A stretch of 64,000 nt of DNA, from NCBI GenBank assembly GCA_050230475.1, contig JBFLGF010000087.1, positions 1 through 64,000 of the forward strand, given 5' to 3'. Of this stretch, positions 11,557 through 22,990 are shown piece after piece. Position 1 is the stretch's first letter; every line of letters starts with the position of its first letter. The position numbers and the translations under genes are program-made. Source of the DNA: Ancylonema sp. Lineage: Eukaryota. The notes below the pieces were generated by a model. It was not told the origin of the DNA. It worked only from the letters and a program-made list of their open reading frames with translations, and did not search any database.

Positions 11557-14500
11557 ATGCAGAGCTATATCGACCCGACCACAAACATACGAAAGCGTCC
11601 AAAAGTGGATAAACCCCAGCTTGCTCTCTTGCATCCTTCCAACTTACCGGGACAAGAGACGCTGCCTTCACGTAGCAGCCCACGTGTGGATAGCTTTGTC
11701 GAAGAGGGGACGAGTGACGCTGCCACGTGTGGGCTGGGAGGGGGTCCAAATACAATTGAAGCCAGCGGCCCCCTCGGGAACCTCCCACCCCACCCCACAC
11801 TTCTTACCAGAGCAATAACCGTGGATGGGCGGATGACAGAATCACCCCTCAGCAGTACCCGGGATTCGCAACTGCCATTTGTGCCCAAAAAAGACATGTC
11901 CGCCTTTCCTCTCTTGGACATAGTGCAACACCCTCTCCCCGGCTACACTGCCCCGATATTGCTCGCGTTCACACCAGATGATTCCCTCATTTCCTACCTC
12001 TTCAGCACGGAAGGGACCCTGAATCGCAAGCTGTATGTCTTTGATCCCGTTACTAGAACCTCGAAGCTGCTGGTGACGCCACCTGGCGGGGGAGTAGAAG
12101 AGGGGAACATCTCAGGCGCTGAGAAGCTGCGTCGAGAGAGGTTACGCGAGCGTGGGTTGGGCGTTACACGTTACGATTGGTCGAAGCATGGGGGCACTCC
12201 TCGTCTGCTCGTGCCACTTCCTGGAGGGGTAAGAGTCAGGGATTGGCTAGGGCGGCCAGGGGGAAACAACAGTGGAGCCGAATGTTGATTGGGTGGGCCC
12301 CACATTGGCAGGTGTACATCCAAGACGGGATGGGTGGCGAGCTGCGGTTACGCGTGAATGCGTCCGCCTCATCTCACATCCAGGATCCTCAGATGGCGCC
12401 AGATGGCAGCGCGGTGGCCTACGTGAGAGACGATGAGCTTTATGTGGTCTCTACCACAGCTGGGGAGCCCAGACAGCTCACCAGCGGGGCGGAGACAGGC
12501 GTCAGGGTGCGGCCCTGAACTCTTGTAGAACACCACTTGGACACCTGAACCCTGAACCTGAATCTGAACCTGAACCTGAACCTGAACCTGGACTCGAACC
12601 TGATCTAAACCTGAGCCTGCACCCTCCGAAGAAATCTTTGGAATCACTGCTTGATTTCAGGAATGGAGATGTGACTCTAAATGGGAGTGCCTGTAACAAA
12701 ACCAGGGGTTCGACTTTCGAGGGCCAAATGGGGATCGAAACTAGTCTCCTCCATTAGTCAAATGCCATTTTCAACCCTATCATATGTACTCGGACAGAAA
12801 CGTATGTCTCTTTGGTCCACGGGTTTAGGACCCAAAAAAGAAATCTGTGATAGCATACAGAAATCCAAAGCGATTCGCAAACGAAACCCCTCACAGTCTG
12901 TCTGTGTCTCGGTTGAGGTGACGTCATCACCTCCACACCCCACCTTGCACCTTGCACCTGGCGGGGTATACACAGCCCTAGGGTTTCAAATGTCAACCCA
13001 AGTTTACAGTTTAACCCAGTGGTGGCAGTTCGATATAACAAATCAGCTGCTTCAGTTGCAATAATGACAATTTGGCATGGCCAAATTAGACAGGTGGTGG
13101 TAGGGGGGCTTGCCATGTGTCATCTGGGTGTCATACCAGCATGGTGCCCAGTGGCAGTCATGGGGGCAGAATGGCAGAAAGGTCGTAGGATCCAGATGGC
13201 CAATAAAAAAAGGGAAGGCAAACATGAGACAGCTTCCTCCTAGTACTATTTAGGCCTCAAACTCTGCCTCAATCTGCCTATGTTAACCTCGTTTCCTGCC
13301 TCATTCTGCCTCATTTTGCCTCATTCTGCCTGATTTGCGCCTTGTGGCGCAGACCAACGGGTTGGCAGAATACATCGCCCAGGAGGAGATGGAGCGCAGA
13401 AACGGCTTCTGGTGGTCCTTGTGCGGCAAATACATCGCGTACACCCAAACCGACACCGCGAAGGTGCCCTCCTTTCGGATCATGCACCAGGGGAACGCAA
13501 CAGTGGGGGGGGAGGCAGAGGAAGACCACGCCTACCCCTTCGCCGGCCAGTCGAACGTGAAAGTGCGGGTGGGGGTTGTTGGGGTGGATTCGGGACAGAC
13601 GACTTGGATGGATTTGGAGTGTGGGGGGGGGGGAGGAGGGGGGGAGGAGGAGTATTTAGCGAGGGTGAACTGGCTGCCAGATGGCGGCTTGGTAGCGCAA
13701 GTGCAGAACCGGGCGCAGACTCAGTTGGATGTGCTCAAATTCGATATCGGCACAGGGAAAAGACAGAGGCTGCTGCGGGAAAGCAATGGAGTGTGGGTGA
13801 ACCTCCACGACTGTTTCACACCTCTGCATAAAGGCACGGGGCGGTTAGCGGGGGGGTTCCTGTGGGCCAGTGAGAGAACCGGGTACTGCCACCTGTACCT
13901 GTATGACGGGCAGGGGGAGAGTTTGGGGGCGGTTACAGAGGGGGAGTGGGTGGTGGAGCAGGTGGGGGGCGTGTCTGAAGCACTGGGATTGGTCTACTTC
14001 ACAGCCACCAAGGACGGGCCGTTGGAAACACATCTCTACAGCGCCCCCCTATGGCCGCAGAGCCCTGTTCCTGAACCCAAGAAACTGACAAGGGGGGCGG
14101 GGAGGCATGTGGTGATTTTGGATCACCTCTTGAACCGGTTTTTGGATGTGTTTGATGCGCTCGACTCCCCCCCCTGCGTGAACCTGTGCTCGTTGGCGGA
14201 GGGGGGTGATGTTCTGATGCCTATCGAGCAGCCCACGTCAAAGCTGCGACTCAACAGGCTCCACCTCAGCCCTCCAGAAATTGTGGAGATAAAAGCGGCG
14301 CACGGGACCATCCTCTTCGCAGCCATCTACAGGTGAGGGGGGTGGAACGCCAGGTCAGCAGAGCGAGGGTCAGGGTCGGGCGGTGGGGGTTGGTTTGAAC
14401 CCGTGTTGACATGGGCAGTGGGGTGAGGTTCAGTTGAAAGCACAATCAAACAGTGCACCGTTCGCAGGCTCGTCGAGTAGCTGGAAGGTTATCAGTTCAG

Positions 14501-17500
14501 GGAGGTCTTCCATTCCCACATGTGTGGGCACATTCACGTGGAAAGTTGGAGGCGCGGTGGCCATGAGTGGTCTGTGTGAGATGCGTGATGCAGGCCTGAC
14601 GCGTCCGTGTTCGGTCCCCCCCCCTACCGTACCGTGGTGAGTGGGTATGGCGGGCCCCACGTCCAAACCGTGTACAACACGTGGCTGGCGACGGTGGACA
14701 TGCGGGCGCAACATCTGCGTAGCAAGGGCATGTCAACCCAAGTTTACAGTTTAACCCAGTGGTGGCAGTTCGATATAACAAATCAGCTGCTTCAGTTGCA
14801 ATAATGACAATTTGGCATGGCCAAATTAGACAGGTGGTGGTAGGGGGGCTTGCCATGTGTCATCTGGGGTGTCATACCAGCATGGTGCCCAGTGGCAGTC
14901 ATGGGGGCAGAATGGCAGAAAGGTCGTAGGATCCAGATGGCCAATAAAAAAAGGGAAGGCAAACATGAGACAGCTTCCTCCTAGTACTATTTAGGCCTCA
15001 AACTCTGCCTCTATCTGCCTATGTTAACCTCGTTTCCTGCTCATTCTGCCTCATTTTGCCTCATTCTGCCTGATTTGCGCCTTGTGGCGCAGACCAACGG
15101 GTTGGCAGAATACATCGCCCAGGAGGAGATGGAGCGCAGAAACGGCTTCTGGTGGTCCTTGTGCGGCAAATACATCGCGTACACCCAAACCGACACCGCG
15201 AAGGTGCCCTCCTTTCGGATCATGCACCAGGGGAACGCAACAGTGGGGGGGGAGGCAGAGGAAGACCACGCCTACCCCTTCGCCGGCCAGTCGAACGTGA
15301 AAGTGCGGGTGGGGGTTGTTGGGGTGGATTCGGGACAGACGACTTGGATGGATTTGGAGTGTGGGGGGGGGGGAGGAGGGGGGGAGGAGGAGTATTTAGC
15401 GAGGGTGAACTGGCTGCCAGATGGCGGCTTGGTAGCGCAAGTGCAGAACCGGGCGCAGACTCAGTTGGATGTGCTCAAATTCGATATCGGCACAGGGAAA
15501 AGACAGAGGCTGCTGCGGGAAAGCAATGGAGTGTGGGTGAACCTCCACGACTGTTTCACACCTCTGCATAAAGGCACGGGGCGGTTAGCGGGGGGGTTCC
15601 TGTGGGCCAGTGAGAGAACCGGGTACTGCCACCTGTACCTGTATGACGGGCAGGGGGAGAGTTTGGGGGCGGTTACAGAGGGGGAGTGGGTGGTGGAGCA
15701 GGTGGGGGGCGTGTCTGAAGCACTGGGATTGGTCTACTTCACAGCCACCAAGGACGGGCCGTTTGGCAGCGCGGTGGCCTACGTGAGAGACGATGAGCTT
15801 TATGTGGTCTCTACCACAGCTGGGGAGCCCAGACAGCTCACCAGCGGGGCGGAGACAGGCGTCAGGGTGCGGCCCTGAACTCTTGTAGAACACCACTTGG
15901 ACACCTGAACCCTGAACCTGAATCTGAACCTGAACCTGAACCTGAACCTGGACTCGAACCTGATCTAAACCTGAGCCTGCACCCTCCGAAGAAATCTTTG
16001 GAATCACTGCTTGATTTCAGGAATGGAGATGTGACTCTAAATGGGAGTGCCTGTAACAAAACCAGGGGTTCGACTTTCGAGGGCCAAATGGGGATCGAAA
16101 CTAGTCTCCTCCATTAGTCAAATGCCATTTTCAACCCTATCATATGTACTCGGACAGAAACGTATGTCTCTTTGGTCCACGGGTTTAGGACCCAAAAAAG
16201 AAATCTGTGATAGCATACAGAAATCCAAAGCGATTCGCAAACGAAACCCCTCACAGTCTGTCTGTGTCTCGGTTGAGGTGACGTCATCACCTCCACACCC
16301 CACCTTGCACCTTGCACCTGGCGGGGTATACACAGCCCTAGGGTTTCAAATGTCAACCCAAGTTTACAGTTTAACCCAGTGGTGGCAGTTCGATATAACA
16401 AATCAGCTGCTTCAGTTGCAATAATGACAATTTGGCATGGCCAAATTAGACAGGTGGTGGTAGGGGGGCTTGCCATGTGTCATCTGGGTGTCATACCAGC
16501 ATGGTGCCCAGTGGCAGTCATGGGGGCAGAATGGCAGAAAGGTCGTAGGATCCAGATGGCCAATAAAAAAAGGGAAGGCAAACATGAGACAGCTTCCTCC
16601 TAGTACTATTTAGGCCTCAAACTCTGCCTCAATCTGCCTATGTTAACCTCGTTTCCTGCCTCATTCTGCCTCATTTTGCCTCATTCTGCCTGATTTGCGC
16701 CTTGTGGCGCAGACCAACGGGTTGGCAGAATACATCGCCCAGGAGGAGATGGAGCGCAGAAACGGCTTCTGGTGGTCCTTGTGCGGCAAATACATCGCGT
16801 ACACCCAAACCGACACCGCGAAGGTGCCCTCCTTTCGGATCATGCACCAGGGGAACGCAACAGTGGGGGGGGAGGCAGAGGAAGACCACGCCTACCCCTT
16901 CGCCGGCCAGTCGAACGTGAAAGTGCGGGTGGGGGTTGTTGGGGTGGATTCGGGACAGACGACTTGGATGGATTTGGAGTGTGGGGGGGGGGGAGGAGGG
17001 GGGGAGGAGGAGTATTTAGCGAGGGTGAACTGGCTGCCAGATGGCGGCTTGGTAGCGCAAGTGCAGAACCGGGCGCAGACTCAGTTGGATGTGCTCAAAT
17101 TCGATATCGGCACAGGGAAAAGACAGAGGCTGCTGCGGGAAAGCAATGGAGTGTGGGTGAACCTCCACGACTGTTTCACACCTCTGCATAAAGGCACGGG
17201 GCGGTTAGCGGGGGGGTTCCTGTGGGCCAGTGAGAGAACCGGGTACTGCCACCTGTACCTGTATGACGGGCAGGGGGAGAGTTTGGGGGCGGTTACAGAG
17301 GGGGAGTGGGTGGTGGAGCAGGTGGGGGGCGTGTCTGAAGCACTGGGATTGGTCTACTTCACAGCCACCAAGGACGGGCCGTTGGAAACACATCTCTACA
17401 GCGCCCCCCTATGGCCGCAGAGCCCTGTTCCTGAACCCAAGAAACTGACAAGGGGGGCGGGGAGGCATGTGGTGATTTTGGATCACCTCTTGAACCGGTT

Positions 17501-18877
17501 TTTGGATGTGTTTGATGCGCTCGACTCCCCCCCCTGCGTGAACCTGTGCTCGTTGGCGGAGGGGGGTGATGTTCTGATGCCTATCGAGCAGCCCACGTCA
17601 AAGCTGCGACTCAACAGGCTCCACCTCAGCCCTCCAGAAATTGTGGAGATAAAAGCGGCGCACGGGACCATCCTCTTCGCAGCCATCTACAGGTGAGGGG
17701 GGTGGAACGCCAGGTCAGCAGAGCGAGGGTCAGGGTCGGGCGGTGGGGGTTGGTTTGAACCCGTGTTGACATGGGCAGTGGGGTGAGGTTCAGTTGAAAG
17801 CACAATCAAACAGTGCACCGTTCGCAGGCTCGTCGAGTAGCTGGAAGGTTATCAGTTCAGGGAGGTCTTCCATTCCCACATGTGTGGGCACATTCACGTG
17901 GAAAGTTGGAGGCGCGGTGGCCATGAGTGGTCTGTGTGAGATGCGTGATGCAGGCCTGACGCGTCCGTGTTCGGTCCCCCCCCCTACCGTACCGTGGTGA
18001 GTGGGTATGGCGGGCCCCACGTCCAAACCGTGTACAACACGTGGCTGGCGACGGTGGACATGCGGGCGCAACATCTGCGTAGCAAGGGCTTCCTCGTGTG
18101 GAAGGTGGGGAGGGGATTGGGAACGCGGGTGGGGTTTATGGTAGGGTTCATAAAAGCACAGGTTGCAATCGAAGTGCTAGAGTCTAAGGATTGGTAAGTA
18201 AGATTGAGTATCGGGTTTGAGTGTAGGGTTCAGGTGTTTTTGAGGTTTAGGATTAGGGAACTGGGTTTCGAGATTCTTAAGTTCAGGGTCCAGATGTGGT
18301 TTTGTACGTTAGAAGTTGTTGCCAGTATGCCGAATCCTTTCATGATTATTGTTTATGAGGGATGCTCACACATGTCACATTAGAGGTGTGCTGATTGTTC
18401 GTAGCTGGTCTACGTGGTGGTGCAAATCTTCGACTGTTGCTAGAAGTGCTTTCAGGGTTTATGGAAAGGGGAGCTAAATTTCAATCGATTGACTGGTTGA
18501 ACGATTGGTTCCGGCCTTGATTGCCGACAAGCAAGCTTTGGTCAACATTGTGTGTGTGCAGTTGGATAACCGGGGCAGTGCGCGGAGGGGTCTTAAGTTT
18601 GAGGGCGCTATTACACACAATATGGGGCGGGTGGATGTGGAGGACCAAGAGATCGGCATCCATTGGCTCATTGCTAAGGGTTTAGCAGACCCCACCAAAA
18701 TTGGCATTTATGGGTGGAGTTACGGGGGTTACTTAGCAGCAATGTCCCTCGCTAGATGTCCGCATCTTCTTAAGTGTGCGGTTGCGGGTGCGCCCGTTAC
18801 TTCTTGGGACGGGTATGACACGCATTATACGGAGCGGTACATGGGGTCGCCGTCAGAAAATAAGGCCGGGTATGAGT
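11557..18877 (+). CDS. Dipeptidyl-peptidase IV / S9B family peptidase. Exons 11557-12228, 12312-12506, 13353-14332 (=16713-17692), 17954-18104, 18562->18877. Internally duplicated and 3'-truncated at N18878
   Basis: DPPIV_N motifs [39 protein letters not shown] and YGGPHVQ, then LDNRGS and the catalytic GWSYGG (18712-18729). The exon(s) carrying the catalytic Asp/His are absent after the N. Confidence 0.93.
12544..12618. repeat. (CCTGAA)n intronic telomere-like simple repeat (duplicated at 15904-15978)
   Basis: Tandem CCTGAA units in DPP intron 2. Confidence 0.85.
14730..18089 (+). repeat. Near-identical internal duplications: 14730-15763 = 12990-14023 and 15764-18089 = 12404-14729
   Basis: Identical ORFs at offsets 1740 and 3360. 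Abrupt junctions at 14729/14730 and 15763/15764. Confidence 0.95.
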
Positions 18878-19050
18878 NAGAAACCAATCACTTTACAAAC
18901 TGAATCCTGAAACTGAACACGGTGAGGTGAAGTTTCCAAATACGTTATCAAGAAGAAAAACGCTACCAGACGTCTCATCTCCCCCCCTCCCATTCAGATT
19001 CAGTCCAAATACAGTCCTCCCCACCCATCCAGTCCCCCCCCCCCTCTCAC

Positions 19051-21181
19051 CCGTCCACCGCTGTTTCCTGCCCCTTTTCCCTCCCCGGCATTCTGGCCCC
19101 CAGCCGAGCATCCCTCTCCTGCCTCTCCCCCGCCTTCCTGGCAGTTTCCTCCCTCTCCACCTGGTTGCCGATGGCATTCGCCCGCTGGATGAGCCTCTTG
19201 AGCACCAGAGTGTGCGCATCTGCATCGTCCATATCCAGCAGAGCGCGCCGGACTGCACAGGCCCCCCCATCCCCAATCAAAACCCAGAACCAAACCCCGA
19301 TTTTCAAACCCCAAACCCCAGACCTCAAACCTAAAACCTCAAACCATGCCTGTTCCATTACCTTCACATGCTTAAAAGACGACTACAACACTGGGTAAGT
19401 GGGCCAACCCACACTATTCTAAACCCCAAACCCCAAACCCTAAACCCTAAACCCTAAACCCCAGGATTCTGAACCCAGACACATGGTAAAGCGAGTTCTT
19501 CACCTGCCCCTTACCTCCCTTTCCTATATTCCTCCTGTCCTTCGCCCCTGCTCTCCTTTTCTTTTTAGGCAAAACAGGCACCACGGCCTGCTCCGCGACT
19601 CCTCCCTCCTCCACCTCCTCCACCTCCTCCTCCCCCCCCTCTGCCACTCCTCCTGCAGCAGCTTCAGCAGCCAACTGCTTCCTCCCTCTCCCTCTCCCCT
19701 TCTTCCGTACCGGCCGTTCCTCCTCCCTCCCCTCCCCACCATCCTCCCCCTCCCCCCCTTCCCCTCCTTCCTCCCCATCCCCGGCATCCCCTCCTTCCCC
19801 CCCCCCCCCTACTTCTGCGCTAGCCACCCTCCCACGTCGCTTTTTTTTATTTGAGGCCCCCTCCCCCACACCCCCTTCTTCTGTACTCTGAGCCCTCTTC
19901 TTCCTTCTCGGCCCCCTTGCTACTTTTTGCCTCACTGCCCCTGGCTCTGGCTCTGGCTCTGAACCCCCGCCTTCTGCTGGGGAGGGCTGCTGCAGTCTCC
20001 TCCTCTTGGTTGCCATCTCCTTCAGTATTGGTGGGGGGGGCAGCAGGACAGGTGGCGATGTCTGAGAGGCTGGAAGAGGAGCAGGCAGGTCTGACGGGCT
20101 GGGGAGGGGGGCAGTGAGAGATGCAGAGGGGGTGGGGGGTGGTGGGCTGGGCTGGGCTGGTTCAAGCCGGGCGCCGCTCACAGGGTCAGGTAAGCGAGGT
20201 GTCGGGTTCAGAGCAACGGGTCTGTTGACCCGGGGGGCGATCCTATCGCGGAGCGGTTGGGGTCCAGCTGGCCTTGATAACCGGGTGGCTTCTTCTAAAC
20301 CTGCCCGCCGGACTATGGAGGGGGGGGGCGGTGCCGTCCGCTCATCCAACGGACTTGGGACAGCTGTCCTTGTTGGGGCAGATGCTGGGGGAGGGGCTGC
20401 GACAGGTGGCGCACTGGGTGTGGCTGTTCTGATGGGGGGCAAGGTGGCGGCTGGGGTGAGGGCAGGTGGAGTTGAAGTGACAGGTGGAGGCTGTGGATTG
20501 GCCGGAACGGATGCCACTGGGCCTGGTGCCACAGGTGACACAGCAGTGGCAGGCGCAGCAGGAGACACCCCATTGGTGGCTGGGGGGGTAGGTTGGGGAG
20601 GTTGGGCAGTTGTGAGGGATGGTGGTGGCACAGGCTGGGCGGCAGGCTGGGCAGCGGGCTGGGCAGCAGCTGGCCCTTTATGAGCACGGGGTTTGATTTT
20701 TGGCTGGAAGGCACCCGCACGTGGTCCTGCGGGAGCGTTGACAGAAAATGGGATTGGTGTTGTTCACACCTGAAACAACTTCGCCGCCTCTCTGACCCCT
20801 CGACTACTATAGAGGTTACTTTCGAGGTTACTTATGAGGTTACTTATGAGGTTACTTATGAAGTTACTTTTGAGGTCACTGGTTCATTTGGATGAGAATT
20901 GCGAAGTCAAAGGCGACTCAGGTACTAGGCTATGTCGATGAAGAGGGCTCAAGGGGGCTAAGGGCGCCGGACCGGCTTCTGATAACACACCAAAGCATCA
21001 CATTTCCTCGCCAGCGCACATGTGATCAGTCGCGCAGTCGTCGCGCAGGGCAAGGGGGAAGGCGACTCCTTTTTAAAACAGTCAGAGTGCAACGGAGTGG
21101 CGCTTTTTTATTTCGTTTGTGTTGTAAGGGAATCGAACCTGTTGCTGTCGCTTGCAGTGCGGCATCAAGAGTCGACAGCAT
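19051..21181 (-). CDS. BDP1: BDP1 (TFIIIB B'' subunit) copy A, exons 1-3 only (21181-21139, 20726-19515, 19252-19051); 3' part lost at N18878
   Basis: Clear paralog of the complete copy at 28795-32384. N-terminus MLSTLDAALQATATGPRAGAFQPKIKPRA. Confidence 0.75.
20812..20880. repeat. (GAGGTTACTTAT)n 12-mer minisatellite in BDP1-A intron 1
   Basis: 5-6 copies here, and only ~3 degenerate copies in copy B (32053-32085). Confidence 0.85.
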
Positions 21182-22041
21182 CGTGAAATGTAACGATTCC
21201 ACGCAGTGATGAAATACGGGTCCACGAAATGGTGTGCTGGCAAAACCTACGGGTATAGTACGATATGTACGGCGCTATCTGCTACATGGCCCAATTCCAA
21301 GATATTTGTTTCGGTTGACATTAGAGGCTAATGAAGGGGCGACGTGAGAAGAGTCTCCTGACGCATGGTTTTTAACAGTGTGTACTGCGTGGCAGGGCGT
21401 AGCTAATTTTTTGCCGCGTTAGCATCTCATCTGCACTCTCAATACACACACATGTCCTCACATCCCACACAAAACTCTTCGCGTACGTGCTCGCATTAGC
21501 ATTGTCATGCTCTCAGTGTTATCGCACACTCGTATCTGGCATGCTCATTTGTTTGTCCCCTGCGGCATTATTCGTGCGGTATTCTGGCGGTCCGAAGTTA
21601 ATGAAGGGGGCATATCTCATTCCTTCGCTATCGGTCAACACGTACCCCGGCATACACGAGCGTACCCCGTTCCATTCTGTAGTTTTTTTTTCTCTCTAGT
21701 TTTTTTAGTTTTTATACGGAAACAACCTACAGCGGGGCAAGATACGGGTAACTCGCTACCGCAAACCCGCCAAGCGGATAGTTTTTAGAGAAAGGGTCGT
21801 GTTCTGGTGCTCCAACGAAAACACGCCCCTCGATTTGGGAATCGTTTGGTTGAGTAGATCCACGTGTGCGCGAGGTGCCCAGACCGATACACCGCGATCG
21901 TTCAGGCGAAATTCACGCACAGTGGCAGTACTATTGTCTGTTCAGCTAAATTTGTCGTTCTGAACTACAACCGTAGCATTCAGCAGGCTGAGCTGTGTTT
22001 GCGCCTCAGTTTACTCTCCTGATATATTTTGTGAATCGACT

Positions 22042-22569
22042 ATGGACCTCAGATGTTCTCGCCACAGTTGTCTCTGGCTTCTATTAGCGTGGCTTGCTGT
22101 CTGTTCTCTCAGTTGCAAAGCAAAAGCAGAAAATCAACAACTTACGGCATACGAACAACTTGAAGCCCATGGATTGCCGCCAAACTTACTCCCGAGTACT
22201 GTTCAATCTTACACCCTACACGATGATGGTTATTTTGAGTTGCGATTGGATGGGGAATGCTATGCAGAGATCATAGATGGTACAGTGCCGGTATATTACG
22301 CCCCAACCTTGACAGGCTATCTTACAGACAAGAGTCTAAGTTCTTTAAAAGGCATCTCCATAAAGCCAACCATCTACACCTTCCTCTGGTTACGGGTTAC
22401 GACCCTTTACGTAACTCTCTCCCCCGATAATCTGCATATCGGGGTCGGGTTCGGGCTCTCCGAAGCAATACCTCTATCTGACGTCTCGGAGGACAGTCCA
22501 ATCTGTATTCCAAATAAAGTTTCTCGGTGGTCCAACTCCAGATATCGGAGGACAGCTTTTTGGCGCTGA
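22042..22569 (+). CDS. DUF538 family protein with predicted signal peptide, copy A
   Basis: TAYEQLEAHGLPPNLLP...YTLHDDGYFELRL...YYAPTLTG...LKGISIK...WLRV pattern with a hydrophobic N-terminus. Confidence 0.88.
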   Translation: MDLRCSRHSCLWLLLAWLAVCSLSCKAKAENQQLTAYEQLEAHGLPPNLLPSTVQSYTLHDDGYFELRLDGECYAEIIDGTVPVYYAPTLTGYLTDKSLSSLKGISIKPTIYTFLWLRVTTLYVTLSPDNLHIGVGFGLSEAIPLSDVSEDSPICIPNKVSRWSNSRYRRTAFWR

Positions 22570-22990
22570 AGGTAATTGGTGATATGCTTTTACGGCCACT
22601 TGAACTACGCAGAGAATCAGATACATCTTGACCACAGCTTTTTTGGATCACAGCGAATCTCATGAATTCTGATAGCATCAGTGTGTAAATTTACACCATC
22701 GACTATTCCTCGTTCATTCAATAAGAAAATGTCTTCATTGAGGCAATTGAACGAGGGAATGGTTTTGAAGGGGCCAGGCTAGGAGGGAATGATCCTCATC
22801 ATGTGAGGTGCAAAAAAATGGTGGGGGTAGTGTGGTCCATCAAGCACAGAGTGTGTGAGTATGTAAGATGAAACCACTCCTGGTTCTGAACTACGAATGA
22901 TGTTTCCAAAAATTTATCTTGCTCGGCTAGTTATTGATGCTGGAGATACTGGATGGAGAAGGTGCGGTGTGACGTTTTGTACACAGTGTA

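Noticed and set aside
19447..20683. Pro-rich extensin-like gene and its Gly-rich antisense ORFs
   Set aside because: This is BDP1 exon 2; the antisense ORFs are shadows of GC-rich low-complexity coding sequence.
21100..21200. tRNA gene or tRNA-derived SINE around GGTTCGATTCC
   Set aside because: The T-stem does not pair beyond 2 bp, there is no cloverleaf or A-box, and it overlaps BDP1 exon 1.
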